Of a stretch of 64,000 bases of DNA, positions 29,814 to 39,675 are shown piece by piece. The stretch covers positions 32,001 to 96,000 of the forward strand of contig CAWBQK010000001.1 in assembly GCA_963791045.1 (NCBI GenBank), written 5' to 3'. Source of the DNA: Candidatus Latescibacterota bacterium. GTDB lineage: Bacteria > Krumholzibacteriota > Krumholzibacteriia > WVZY01. How positions within the stretch are numbered: position 1 is the first letter of the stretch; every line of letters starts with the position of its first letter. Made by a program: the position numbers and the translations under genes. Below the pieces are notes generated by a model. That model was not told the origin of the DNA, searched no databases, and saw only the letters and a list, made by a program, of their open reading frames with translations.

Positions 29814-30938
29814 ATGAAAAAGAAAGAATCTGAAAATACGAATCCAATACGCGAGAGTCAGGATTCCCCCCGCGTCAACATCGCCCTCGACGGCGCCACG
29901 CCTCGAGAGGAATGGCACATTGGCGATTTGGCATTCGCCACCGATATCGCCAGGGACCTGACGCTTCCGGTCGAGGAGCGAATCGAGGCGTTTGATGACA
30001 TATTCGACTCCGAAGTCGGAGATACCAACCTTGTGCGAGCAAGAAACATTGAACGAGAAACAGGATTTCGACAGCTCTATCTGAAGTTTGAGGGCGGCAA
30101 TCCCACAGGAACCCAGAAAGACCGGATTGCCTTTGCCCAGGCAGGCGACGCAGTCCGCCGCGGTTTTGACGCCGTCACGGTGGCAACTTGCGGCAACTAC
30201 GGCGTCGCAGTCGCGCTGGCGACCTCGCTCATCGGCCTGCGCTGCGTTGTCTATGTGCCCTGCAACTATCATTCGCGCCGTCTAAAAGAAATGGAGTCGT
30301 TCGGAGCAAGCATCATCCGCGAGGGCGACACTTATGAAGCCGCCGTCATCGCTTCCCGAGGATATGCGGAAAAGGAAGAAATTTATGACGCGAACCCGGG
30401 CGGCGCAAACACCACCACCCAGCTTCGCGCTTACGGTCAGATCGCGCACGAAATATACGATGATCTCCGGGACGCGCCGGCAATCGTGGGGATCCCGGTG
30501 TCCAACGGGACGACGCTCGCTGGAATCCACAAAGGGTTCGTCAGTCTGTACCGTCGAGGCAAGACATCACGAATTCCACGCATAGTTGCCGGCTCGTCGA
30601 CACGCAAGAATCCGATCGTCCATGCCTGGATCAAAAACCTTCCGGAATGCGAAGACCTCTCGCCGGTCGAAATCCGGGAAACGGATATTAACGAACCGCT
30701 CATCAACTGGCACTCGATCGATGGCGATCTGGCGCTGGATTCAATACGAAAGTCGAACGGATGGGCGGTCAACGCATCGGACAAAAAAATGCTGACGTAT
30801 TCGAAGTTTATCAGGGAACGGGAAGGACTGAGCGTTTTGCCGGCTTCGACGGCGGCGCTTATTGCGTTGATTGAAGGTCACGCCAAAGAAGCCCTGCCGA
30901 ACGACCGCTACGTCGTCCTTTTGACGGGAAAAAGATGA
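29814..30938 (+). CDS. PLP-dependent threonine synthase-like enzyme (fold type II)
   Basis: LKFEGGNPTGTQKDR PLP lysine motif, ATCGNYG, PVSNGTTLAG phosphate loop. Confidence 0.88.
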   Translation: MKKKESENTNPIRESQDSPRVNIALDGATPREEWHIGDLAFATDIARDLTLPVEERIEAFDDIFDSEVGDTNLVRARNIERETGFRQLYLKFEGGNPTGTQKDRIAFAQAGDAVRRGFDAVTVATCGNYGVAVALATSLIGLRCVVYVPCNYHSRRLKEMESFGASIIREGDTYEAAVIASRGYAEKEEIYDANPGGANTTTQLRAYGQIAHEIYDDLRDAPAIVGIPVSNGTTLAGIHKGFVSLYRRGKTSRIPRIVAGSSTRKNPIVHAWIKNLPECEDLSPVEIRETDINEPLINWHSIDGDLALDSIRKSNGWAVNASDKKMLTYSKFIREREGLSVLPASTAALIALIEGHAKEALPNDRYVVLLTGKR

Positions 30939-32038
30939 TGAACAAACAGCTCGAAGCAATCGTGTACTGTGAAGGCGCTTTCAACACGCCCAACGGCAAG
31001 ACTGCGCACGGACTGGTGCGCTTCACCAAACGCTACCGTGTGACGGCGGTTATCGACAGCCATTATGCCGGCCAGGACGCTGGCACGGTGCTCGACGACA
31101 AACCCAATGGAATCCCGATCGCCGGCTCGATCGATGATGCGCTCGAGAACCCCAACTCCAAAAAGGCTCCGCCCACTCACATGGTAATCGGGCTTGCGCC
31201 CGACGGAGGACGATTGGGGTACGCCGCGCGCAAAGACGTCACACATGCCCTCGCACGCGGTCTGAATATTGACTCGGGACTCCACGATTTCCTCTCCGAT
31301 GACCCTGCGATCGCCGCGGTGGCGAAGGAACATGGATCAACCATTCGAGATATCCGCAAGTCCCCACCGCAATCACAACTGCATTTCTTCTCCGGCCGAA
31401 TCGAAGAGGTCAAAGCGCTCAAGGTTGCCGTTCTTGGAACCGATTCCGCCATCGGCAAGCGAACAACCGCGTGGAAAGTCGTAGAAAGTCTCATTGAAGC
31501 GGGTTGTCGCACCGAGATGATCGGCACGGGCCAAACCGCCTGGCTCCAGGGAGCGCGACATTCGATCATGCTGGACACGCTCATAAACGATTTCCTGACC
31601 GGCGAGATCGAGCACGCGGTTGTGAGTGCATGGAATGACGCCCACCCCGATGTAATCGTCATCGAAGGTCAGGGAGGCCTTTTGAACCCCGCGTATCCCG
31701 GCGGATACGAGATCATCGCCGCCGCACGCCCCGATGTAATCCTGCTCCAGCATGCGCCGGCACGAAAGGAATACGACGGCTTCCCCGACTATCCGATCCA
31801 ACCGATTTCGAGACAAATTCAGGCCGTGGAAATCATATCCGGAAAACCCGTTGTCGCGCTGACCATCAATCACGAGGGGATTACGCCTGAAACAATCCCT
31901 CTCGTTTGCGAAACAATCTCGCAGGCGACCGGCCTGCCCGCCGTTGACGTGCTCATCGACGGCGCCACGGCTGTTGCGCAGATTTTGGCCAAGCATGTGG
32001 CCGACAAACACAAATCAAACACGAAAGAAGAGGTATGA
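30935..32038 (+). CDS. DUF1611 family protein (DgcN-like N-acetyltransferase)
   Basis: GKTAHGLVR, GLHDFL, VLGTDSAIGKRTT, GTGQT, IEGQGGL; overlaps the upstream stop. Confidence 0.9.
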   Translation: MMNKQLEAIVYCEGAFNTPNGKTAHGLVRFTKRYRVTAVIDSHYAGQDAGTVLDDKPNGIPIAGSIDDALENPNSKKAPPTHMVIGLAPDGGRLGYAARKDVTHALARGLNIDSGLHDFLSDDPAIAAVAKEHGSTIRDIRKSPPQSQLHFFSGRIEEVKALKVAVLGTDSAIGKRTTAWKVVESLIEAGCRTEMIGTGQTAWLQGARHSIMLDTLINDFLTGEIEHAVVSAWNDAHPDVIVIEGQGGLLNPAYPGGYEIIAAARPDVILLQHAPARKEYDGFPDYPIQPISRQIQAVEIISGKPVVALTINHEGITPETIPLVCETISQATGLPAVDVLIDGATAVAQILAKHVADKHKSNTKEEV

Positions 32039-34421
32039 AAAAAGATTCCGCTCCTGACAAAGACACGCGCGGGGATGTAAAACACAAGAACGACATGGTG
32101 ACGGATTCGGTGGCTTCCCTTAACGCGTTCGATGAACTTCGAGTTGGACCCGCGCGATTGGAAGCACGGCGACTTTCCGCCGCCTACACCGTCGTTCAGG
32201 GAGACAAACAAGACACGATCGACCTCGTTTACAGTTATGAAGAAAACGTTTTCGAACCAGAAAATCCCGTAGACCAGAATCTTGCCGACATGATCGCTGC
32301 ACAGCTTGCTCTGAACTACGGTTTGTTTTGCACGCGGATTGTATTCGAAGGCACGTTCGATCCCGTCGATCGCCGCTTTCTCCGCGACATGGCGGAAAAC
32401 ACGGCAAGAGAGATCTACGTAAACAAGTTTCTTGAGCCGAACCCTTTTCTCTTCGGACCGGCATCGCAGTTGACCCCCACTAAACTCAACCGGTTTTGTC
32501 TGGCGGATCTCGTTTTCGCCAGCGAAAAACACAAACCCACAATCGGCTGGAGTCCCAAGAGAGCGCCCATAGCCGTGTCGCAATCTTGTCGAGCGGAGGA
32601 AAAGACAGTTTGTTGAGTTACGGCCTATTGAATGAACTCGGATACGAAGTTCATCCCATTTTCGGCAATGAGTCGGGCCGTCACTGGTTTACCGCGCTGA
32701 ACGCACACCGTCATTTTGAAGCCCACGTCCCGAACACTTCCAAGGTCTGGATGAATACGGATCGTATCTTCTCCTGGATGCTCCGCCACATTCCTTTCGT
32801 CCGAAAAGATTTCGAAAACGTCCGCTCGGACGAATATCCGATCCGGTTATGGACGGTGGCGTTATTCCTTTTTGGCTCGCTCCCAATGGTCCGTAAAAGA
32901 AACGCCGGCCGTATCGTCATCGGCGACGAGTTCGACACCACGGTTCGAACGTCCAAGCACGCCATCACGCACTACAATGGGCTCTTCGATCAAAGCAGAT
33001 TCTTCGACAACTATTTGAGCCGCTTCTTTTCCCGCAAACGATGGCGTTTGAGCCAGTTTTCACTCGTTCGACAACTCTCGGAACTCTTGATCGAACGCGT
33101 GCTGATCGCCCGCTATCCCGAGCTCTTCGCGCACCAGGTGTCGTGCCACGCGGCGCACATCGTCGAGTCACGTGTCCACCCCTGCGGAAAATGTGAGAAG
33201 TGCCGCCGTATCGTCGGGATGGTGGTGGCGAACGGAGGGAACCCTGGGGTCTGCGGGTACAACGAGGATCAGATCAGGAGTTGCCTGGAGTCGATCGTCA
33301 AGAAAGGCGTGCACCAGGAACGCCCGGCGGCCGAACATATGATCTGGGCACTCGCTAAACGCAGAAAAATCAATCTCCAACCGGGGCAAAAGGCAAACCC
33401 ACGCCCCGAGGTGATGAAGCTAAGATTCGACCCTATCCGATCTCCGCTCGACGGGATTCCGCAGGATATTCGTGTTCCGCTCTTCCGCGTTCTTCTTGAA
33501 CATGCGGACGGCGCCGTTCGCCGATCGGGCCGGATTTGGGTCGACTTCGACCCGCTGACCGACCCGTCGCTTCATCGCCCTTACCTGTTCGAGAGATCGC
33601 GCCCAAACCGGAACCCGTCCAGTCCGCAATCGTCCCATTCGGAAACCTACATGCTTGGCGAAATGAACTGGCCCGAGGCCCAGCGGAGACTCGCCGAGGT
33701 GGATGTTGCCTTGCTTCCCGTCGGAGCCATAGAGCAGCACGGCCCTCACCTCCCGCTGGACACCGATGCTTTCGACGCGGATTATCTCGCAAAACTCGTG
33801 GCATCTCATTGCTCGGATCCAAAACCAGTCGTGCTGCCGCTCATACCTTACGGCGTGTCCTATCATCACAACGACTTCAGCGGCACAATAAGCATCCGCA
33901 ACGAGACACTGGCGAGCATGGTGTATGAAATAGGGATGGGCGCGTCACGAAACGGCATCACAAAGCTCGTCATCATCAACGGGCACGGCGGCAATGATCC
34001 ATCGCTTCATTTTGCGGCGCAGAAAATCAATCGCGACGCCCACATTTTCGTGTGCGTCGACAGCGGAGAAACAAGCGACGTGGATATCTACGCCATGATT
34101 GACACGCCCAACGACGTCCACGCGGGCGAAATCGAAACGAGCACCAGCCTCGCAACGCGCCCGGAGTTGGTGAAGATGGATAAATTGAAGCCGTTTGTCC
34201 CGGAGTTCTCGAGCCGCTATCTCGATTTTACTTCGAAACGGGGCATCACCTGGTATGCGTTTACGAACAAGATTTCGGCATCCGGCGTGATGGGTGATCC
34301 CACCAAAGCCACCGCCGAAAAAGGCAAGAAGATGTGGGACGTGATGACGCGCAATCTGGTCGAGTTTGTGGAGGAACTCAAACAATTGACGCTCGACGAG
34401 ATCTATCAAAAACGTTACTAA
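32035..34421 (+). CDS. Fusion of a PP-loop ATPase (MurL/QueC-like) and a creatininase-family amidohydrolase; frameshift near 32550
   Basis: SSGGKDS PP-loop, SCH...PCGKCEKC metal motif; C-terminal PVGAIEQHGPHLPLDTD, NGHGGN, HAGEIETS, GVMGDPTKATAEKG; ORFs 32035-32616 and 32496-34421 overlap out of frame. Confidence 0.85.
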
Positions 34422-34439
34422 ACGCATGGGACAATCAAA

Positions 34440-35504
34440 TTGAAAATCACCCGAATCGAAGCCTGGCCGGTGGAAATGCGGCTAAATGAGCCGTACACGA
34501 TCGCGTATGAGACCGTTGAAACAGCTGTCAATGTTTTCATTCGAATTGAAACGGATCGCGGAATAACCGGATACGGATGTTCCGCACCCGATCTCCAGAT
34601 CACCGGCGAGGATCCGGACGGCGTAATCGAAGCGGTGACCGTAATCGCGGAACCGATTCTCAAGGGTTCCGATCCCCTGCGGCTGGCGCGTCTTATCGAG
34701 AAACTGAAGGACCAGGTCAAGAACCAGCCGGCCGCCGTGGCCGGAATCGACATGGCGCTTCATGACATCCTCGGGAAATATTGCGGTCTTCCTCTGTGGA
34801 AGCTTCTCGGCGGATTCAGAACGTGTTTCAAAACCAGCATCACGATTGGAATCCTGCCCATCGAGGAAACACTCGACAGCGCCCGTCAGTGGTTGAGCCA
34901 AGGGTTTACAGCTCTAAAAATCAAGGGCGGGGCAAACGTCGATGAGGACATCGAGCGGCTGCGCCGGCTCAGAAAATCGGTGGGCCCACGGATTGAGATC
35001 CGCTTCGACGCCAACCAGGGGTATACCGTCGAAGAAACACTCCGGTTTGTGGAGGCCATGCGCGAAGTCAAACTCGAACTCATCGAACAACCGACCTCCA
35101 AAAACGAGCCTGATCTTCTCGGAGCCGTAACAAAAAACGTGTCTCTCCCCGTGATGGCCGACGAAAGCCTCGTAAACCTTCGCGACGCGTTCCGGCTCGC
35201 GAAGAAAGACCTCGTGGACATGGTCAACATCAAGCTGATGAAAGTTGGCGGTATCTATGAGGCCCTTCTCGTCAACGGGGTCGCTAGATCGGCGGGGCTC
35301 GAAGCGATGGTCGGTTGTATGGACGAGGCCGCTCTCAGCATCGCCGCGGGACTCCACTTTGCGCTCGCCCGCCCGAATGTCGCCTACTGTGATCTCGACG
35401 GACATCTCGCCCTCGAGGGCGACCCTTCCGACGGTGCGGTGATCATCCGGAACGGTTACCTGTATCCGACCAACAAACCGGGCCTGGGATTCGACCTTGC
35501 ATGA
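34440..35504 (+). CDS. Dipeptide epimerase (L-Ala-D/L-Glu epimerase / DgcA-like, enolase superfamily)
   Basis: LKIK, FDANQGY, IEQP, MADES, NIKLMKVGG, MVGCMDE, DLDG. Confidence 0.92.
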   Translation: MKITRIEAWPVEMRLNEPYTIAYETVETAVNVFIRIETDRGITGYGCSAPDLQITGEDPDGVIEAVTVIAEPILKGSDPLRLARLIEKLKDQVKNQPAAVAGIDMALHDILGKYCGLPLWKLLGGFRTCFKTSITIGILPIEETLDSARQWLSQGFTALKIKGGANVDEDIERLRRLRKSVGPRIEIRFDANQGYTVEETLRFVEAMREVKLELIEQPTSKNEPDLLGAVTKNVSLPVMADESLVNLRDAFRLAKKDLVDMVNIKLMKVGGIYEALLVNGVARSAGLEAMVGCMDEAALSIAAGLHFALARPNVAYCDLDGHLALEGDPSDGAVIIRNGYLYPTNKPGLGFDLA

Positions 35505-35536
35505 CATTCCCTTCCCCGTGATTTTGAACGGCTGGA

Positions 35537-35577
35537 CAAGAAAAAGCATCCCTCCGCGCGAGGGATGCTTTTTCTTG
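35537..35577. terminator. Bidirectional intrinsic terminator
   Basis: Perfect 18-bp inverted repeat caagaaaaagcatccctc / gagggatgctttttcttg between convergent operons. Confidence 0.85.
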
Positions 35578-35616
35578 TACCTCTCTAATCCGCTACTCCG
35601 GCCAAAACGCCCGTTG

Positions 35617-36828
35617 TCAGGCGAGCGCTTTCGCGATCATTTCGACGAGCCAGCCAATCTGGTCTTCATCGATGATGAGCGGCGGAGCAAAACGAATCGT
35701 CGTCTCATGGGTCTCTTTGGCGAGAATACCCAGATCTTTTAGTTTCTCGGTATACTGCCTCGCCTTCCCCGCCTCGTCCGTGAGTTCGATGGCGTTGAGA
35801 AGACCCATCCCGCGGACCTCTTTGATCTTATCGGTGTCGATGGCGCGGAGTCCTTCGCGGAACTTCTCACCAAGAACCACGGCCCGCTCGTCGAGCTTTT
35901 CGTCGATAAGAACGTCCAGAGCCGCCATTCCAACCGCGCAGGCGACCGGGTTCCCGCCAAACGTGCTGCCGTGCTCACCGGGTCCAATGACCGACATGAC
36001 ATCCTTGGACGCAAGCGCAGCCGACACGGGGTAAACACCACCGCCGAGCGCCTTGCCAACCATCATGATGTCCGGTTTTACATTCTCGTGCATCCAGCAG
36101 AACATCTTGCCCGTCCGGCAAAATCCAGTCTGGACTTCATCGAGCATGAGAAGGACGTTGTGCTTCTCGCAAATTGCTTTGACCTTTGTCAGGTAACCTG
36201 GGCTCGGGACCTTTACGCCTGCCTCGCCCTGGATCGGTTCCACCAGGAACCCCACCGTGTTCTCGGTGATGGCCGCTTCCAACGCCTCGACGTCGTCGTA
36301 CGGAATCACCTTGAACCCCGGCGTCGCGGGACCGAACCCGTCGTGCGCGATGGGGTCGGTCGAAAACCCGACAATCGTCGTGGTCCGCCCGTGGAAGTTC
36401 TCCTCGCAGACAATGATCTCCGCCTTGTTGTCGGCGACACCCTTCTTTTGGTAGCCCCATTTTCTTGCGATTTTAATTGCCGTCTCAACAGCCTCGGCGC
36501 CGGTGTTCATCGGAAGCGCGATTTCCATTTGACAGACATCGGTGAGTTGTTTGAGATACGGTCCGAGCATGTCGTTGTGGAACGCCCGGCTCGTGAGCGT
36601 CAAACGATCCGCCTGGTCCTTGAGGGCCGCGATCAACTTAGGGTGCCTGTGACCCTGGTTCACCGCACTGTACGCCGACAGGCAATCCATGTACTTCCTG
36701 TCTTCGGGATCCCACACCCAGACACCATCGGCCTTGCTTATCACGACCGGGATCGGGTGATAGTTGTGTGCACCGTACGTGTTTTCGAGATCCATGTAGT
36801 ACTGAGAGCCTTTGGCGGCTGTTTTCAT
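35617..36828 (-). CDS. rocD: Ornithine--oxo-acid transaminase
   Basis: GAHNYHP, LSAYSAVNQGHRHP, LPMNTGAEAVETA, EPIQGEAG, DEVQTG, GKALGGG, GEHGSTFGGNP. Confidence 0.95.
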   Translation of the reverse strand: MKTAAKGSQYYMDLENTYGAHNYHPIPVVISKADGVWVWDPEDRKYMDCLSAYSAVNQGHRHPKLIAALKDQADRLTLTSRAFHNDMLGPYLKQLTDVCQMEIALPMNTGAEAVETAIKIARKWGYQKKGVADNKAEIIVCEENFHGRTTTIVGFSTDPIAHDGFGPATPGFKVIPYDDVEALEAAITENTVGFLVEPIQGEAGVKVPSPGYLTKVKAICEKHNVLLMLDEVQTGFCRTGKMFCWMHENVKPDIMMVGKALGGGVYPVSAALASKDVMSVIGPGEHGSTFGGNPVACAVGMAALDVLIDEKLDERAVVLGEKFREGLRAIDTDKIKEVRGMGLLNAIELTDEAGKARQYTEKLKDLGILAKETHETTIRFAPPLIIDEDQIGWLVEMIAKALA

Positions 36829-38150
36829 AGCTCCTCTTTCCTTTCCTTGAAGATCACATTGTACGGCTCGAGGGCATCAAGAATCGGATTGTAGATACCC
36901 GGGGACACCGGAACATGACAACCCTTGTCGGTGATCTTCCCATCGAGGATCATCTTGACGGCGATCGCCGCCGGAAGCGAAACGGTCCGCGCGATCGATG
37001 TGTCCTCGCCGGGAATCCCGTAATCGACGAGTGTTGACGTGAGGAACTCTTTCTTTCCGCCCGAGAACTCGGCGACAAATTCGTGATGCATGACAATCAT
37101 ATCCCGCTCATTCTCGCCAATCGACATCATGTCAAGGGTGAGAGCGTTCAGGTAATCGAGCGGATTATCCTTGTCCTTGGGCAAAGGCCGGTCGCTAAAG
37201 AGACCCAGCCAACCAAAACGCTTGATGACGGTCGCATAGGGTTCCACACCGAGGAATTTCGCCGTCGCCAGGGCAATGTCTTCGCCCGGTTTGGCGCCAA
37301 CGAGTTTGGCGGTCACATCACCATAGGTGCTCCCCGAGAAGCCGTCGACGGCATCTTCGCTCAACCATCCGAGGGCGACGATCTTGCGCATGGTCTCGCA
37401 CCAGCCGGTCATCCTGAAGGTGCCGCGGTATACGGTCTCCGAATGGTCCAGGCCGTAGATTTCTTTGTAAGGCACTGAATTCCGGTTTGGATAGTTTTCG
37501 AACGCTCCGACCTCCGGAACATTCTGAACATAGTAGTTTTCAAACAGCTGCTCGCCGGGAACGATGACTTCTTCGCCGTCCGCGAGCCAACGAGCCGAAT
37601 TCTTCGAAGCGAGAAGCACGCCGCGCGGCGACCACGAGAACTTGTACCCGAAGGGGTTCGTGTTCGCTTCGTGCGAGGGAAGCGCGCCGGTCGACGACCG
37701 GAAGCTAACAACTTTTCCGTTCCTGCCCTCGACGTCATGGATGATCCGCATCGCCGACATGTGATCGATTCCCGGATCGAGACCACACTCGTTGAGAAGC
37801 ATCACACCGGCTTCCTTCGCTTCGGCGTCGAGCGCCTTCATTTCGTCGCTGACATACGACGTCGTGACCATCTGTTTCTTGTGCTTGATACAGAACTTGG
37901 CCACCGTAACGTGGTACGCGTACGGAACGAGACTGACAACAACGTCGGAGTTCTTGATTTCGGCTTCCATGCCCGCGAGGTCCTCGACATCGAGTGTCTT
38001 GGCGATTCCACGCGGATGACCGTCGATCATTTTCTCAGCTTTGCTCACCGTTCGCGTCGCAACGACGAGTTCGATATCCGGCTGATCGAGCAAAAATCTC
38101 ACCAGCGGTCGCGTAACCAATCCGGCTCCAAACACCACTACCTTTGACAT
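36825..38150 (-). CDS. Saccharopine dehydrogenase (Glu-forming; Lys9/AASS SDH-like)
   Basis: GAGLV Rossmann motif, MVTTSYVS, NECGLDPGIDHMSA, NPFGYKFSWSPRGVL, YPNRNS. Confidence 0.92.
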   Translation of the reverse strand: MSKVVVFGAGLVTRPLVRFLLDQPDIELVVATRTVSKAEKMIDGHPRGIAKTLDVEDLAGMEAEIKNSDVVVSLVPYAYHVTVAKFCIKHKKQMVTTSYVSDEMKALDAEAKEAGVMLLNECGLDPGIDHMSAMRIIHDVEGRNGKVVSFRSSTGALPSHEANTNPFGYKFSWSPRGVLLASKNSARWLADGEEVIVPGEQLFENYYVQNVPEVGAFENYPNRNSVPYKEIYGLDHSETVYRGTFRMTGWCETMRKIVALGWLSEDAVDGFSGSTYGDVTAKLVGAKPGEDIALATAKFLGVEPYATVIKRFGWLGLFSDRPLPKDKDNPLDYLNALTLDMMSIGENERDMIVMHHEFVAEFSGGKKEFLTSTLVDYGIPGEDTSIARTVSLPAAIAVKMILDGKITDKGCHVPVSPGIYNPILDALEPYNVIFKERKEEL

Positions 38151-38183
38151 GCGATACCTCCCTTTACGTGTGCAATTGGAGCA

Positions 38184-39485
38184 TTAGTCCAAAAAGTTGC
38201 TAATATACTCGTAGTCCGGGGTCAGCTTTCCCCGGTGGAGAATTAAAGCTTTCTTTATCGGCGCCGGCAATTCGAGATCATCGAAGTCGACACCGAAATC
38301 CGCTTCGGCAATCGCCGGAATGAATTCCTTGAGAACATTACTGAAATACGCCGACGCGTCCCGCGGAAGTTCTGACGGGAGAATGTCCACCGCCATTATC
38401 ACGGGACCGTTGCCTTCGACGCCGTCCGTGACCGAGTCGGTGGCGGGATCCCACACAAAGCACGGATCGCCGGGCTCAGTCGCTTTGGCCGTCGCCTCGA
38501 TCGAGCCGTCGATGTCGCAGCTGATGTCGCCGATAACCTTGAGCCGCCCGTTGTTCCAGCGGTTCTTCAGGTAATCTTTTGTAACCAGCCGCGGGTACTT
38601 CTCATCCCAATAGATACAATTTACGAGAACGGACAGGTTGGGCAAATAGTTCTCGAAAATACCAACGTATTTCTCGGGATGATCATAGTAGTCCTGGAGC
38701 TCGAAAGAATCGCCTTCGTTTTTCGGAACGACCATGTCTTCTTCTTTGAACACGACTTTGAATATGGTGTTCCTCGCGCCCGGTGTGTCCGACGTAATGG
38801 ACGACAGATCGGCCGGCGACACCTCTTTTGTCGGAAGAACATCGAGCATTTCCTGCGCGCCCATCGCCACGTTTCCGTACCCGGCAAAACCGACCGTCAG
38901 TGGAAGCACCTCTTCGGGAAGCCCGCCGGACTCTATCCAATGGCCAATCACTTCGAGCGCTGTTTTGATTTCTCTTATCGAACCGTATTCGTGAGGCTGC
39001 TTGAGCGCCGTGAGAGGGTTCTTAAAACCGTCCTTCTTCAACCGCTGACCGAGCGCGACAAGTGACTCGATCATCCCTGCAACCCCAGCATGCCAACCAA
39101 AGAAAATCAACCGCCTGTTCTTGTCATCGACGACGCGTTCGTAATCGATGAGCTGACAGCCGAGCTCCATCATTCTCTTGAGCATCGCCATGTTGTAGGA
39201 TTGCCCTTTGATCGTATGCGAAAAGAAGACGTAAGTTCCGTTCTCGAAAAAGAACGTGGCCGGCATCTCCTTGACGGCAATCACAGTGGGACATTTCGAG
39301 AGGTCTTCCTCTATCGTCGCTCCCGCGGCAACATATTCATCTTCAACGATCACTCGAATGTCGGAGGGTTGGACGACGACATCGACGCCGCGCTCTTTCA
39401 ACTCCCGCACGTGTTCGGGAATAAGGGGCACACGCCGTTCCCAGATACTCTTGTCCTCACGCCTGATTCCGATGCAGTGCGACAT
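38184..39485 (-). CDS. Lysine-ketoglutarate reductase (AASS LKR-like)
   Basis: GIRREDKSIWERRVPLIP, FFSHTIKGQSYNM, LIDYE, NCIYW..YPRLVT, IGDISCDIDGSIE, MAVDILPSELP. Confidence 0.9.
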   Translation of the reverse strand: MSHCIGIRREDKSIWERRVPLIPEHVRELKERGVDVVVQPSDIRVIVEDEYVAAGATIEEDLSKCPTVIAVKEMPATFFFENGTYVFFSHTIKGQSYNMAMLKRMMELGCQLIDYERVVDDKNRRLIFFGWHAGVAGMIESLVALGQRLKKDGFKNPLTALKQPHEYGSIREIKTALEVIGHWIESGGLPEEVLPLTVGFAGYGNVAMGAQEMLDVLPTKEVSPADLSSITSDTPGARNTIFKVVFKEEDMVVPKNEGDSFELQDYYDHPEKYVGIFENYLPNLSVLVNCIYWDEKYPRLVTKDYLKNRWNNGRLKVIGDISCDIDGSIEATAKATEPGDPCFVWDPATDSVTDGVEGNGPVIMAVDILPSELPRDASAYFSNVLKEFIPAIAEADFGVDFDDLELPAPIKKALILHRGKLTPDYEYISNFLD

Positions 39486-39675
39486 CGCTCACGCCTCCAA
39501 ACGAACGTGTTAAAATTATAATTACGGTGGGGGAAAGGGTCGTAGACCGCATAAAGACGGACACTCCTCAAGAGTGCCCGCTCACCGTCTGGTCCCATAC
39601 AGGCTAGCCGAGGTAGCCCCCGAATGTCAAGCGTGATCGGTTGTCAGGGGCGGGTTTACCGCGGATCGTTCGCGC

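Noticed and set aside
32560-33250. Calling the PP-loop domain queC because tgt is in the window
   Set aside because: The domain is much larger than QueC, is fused to a creatininase, has no queD/E/F neighbours, and tgt lies ~23 kb away in a housekeeping operon.
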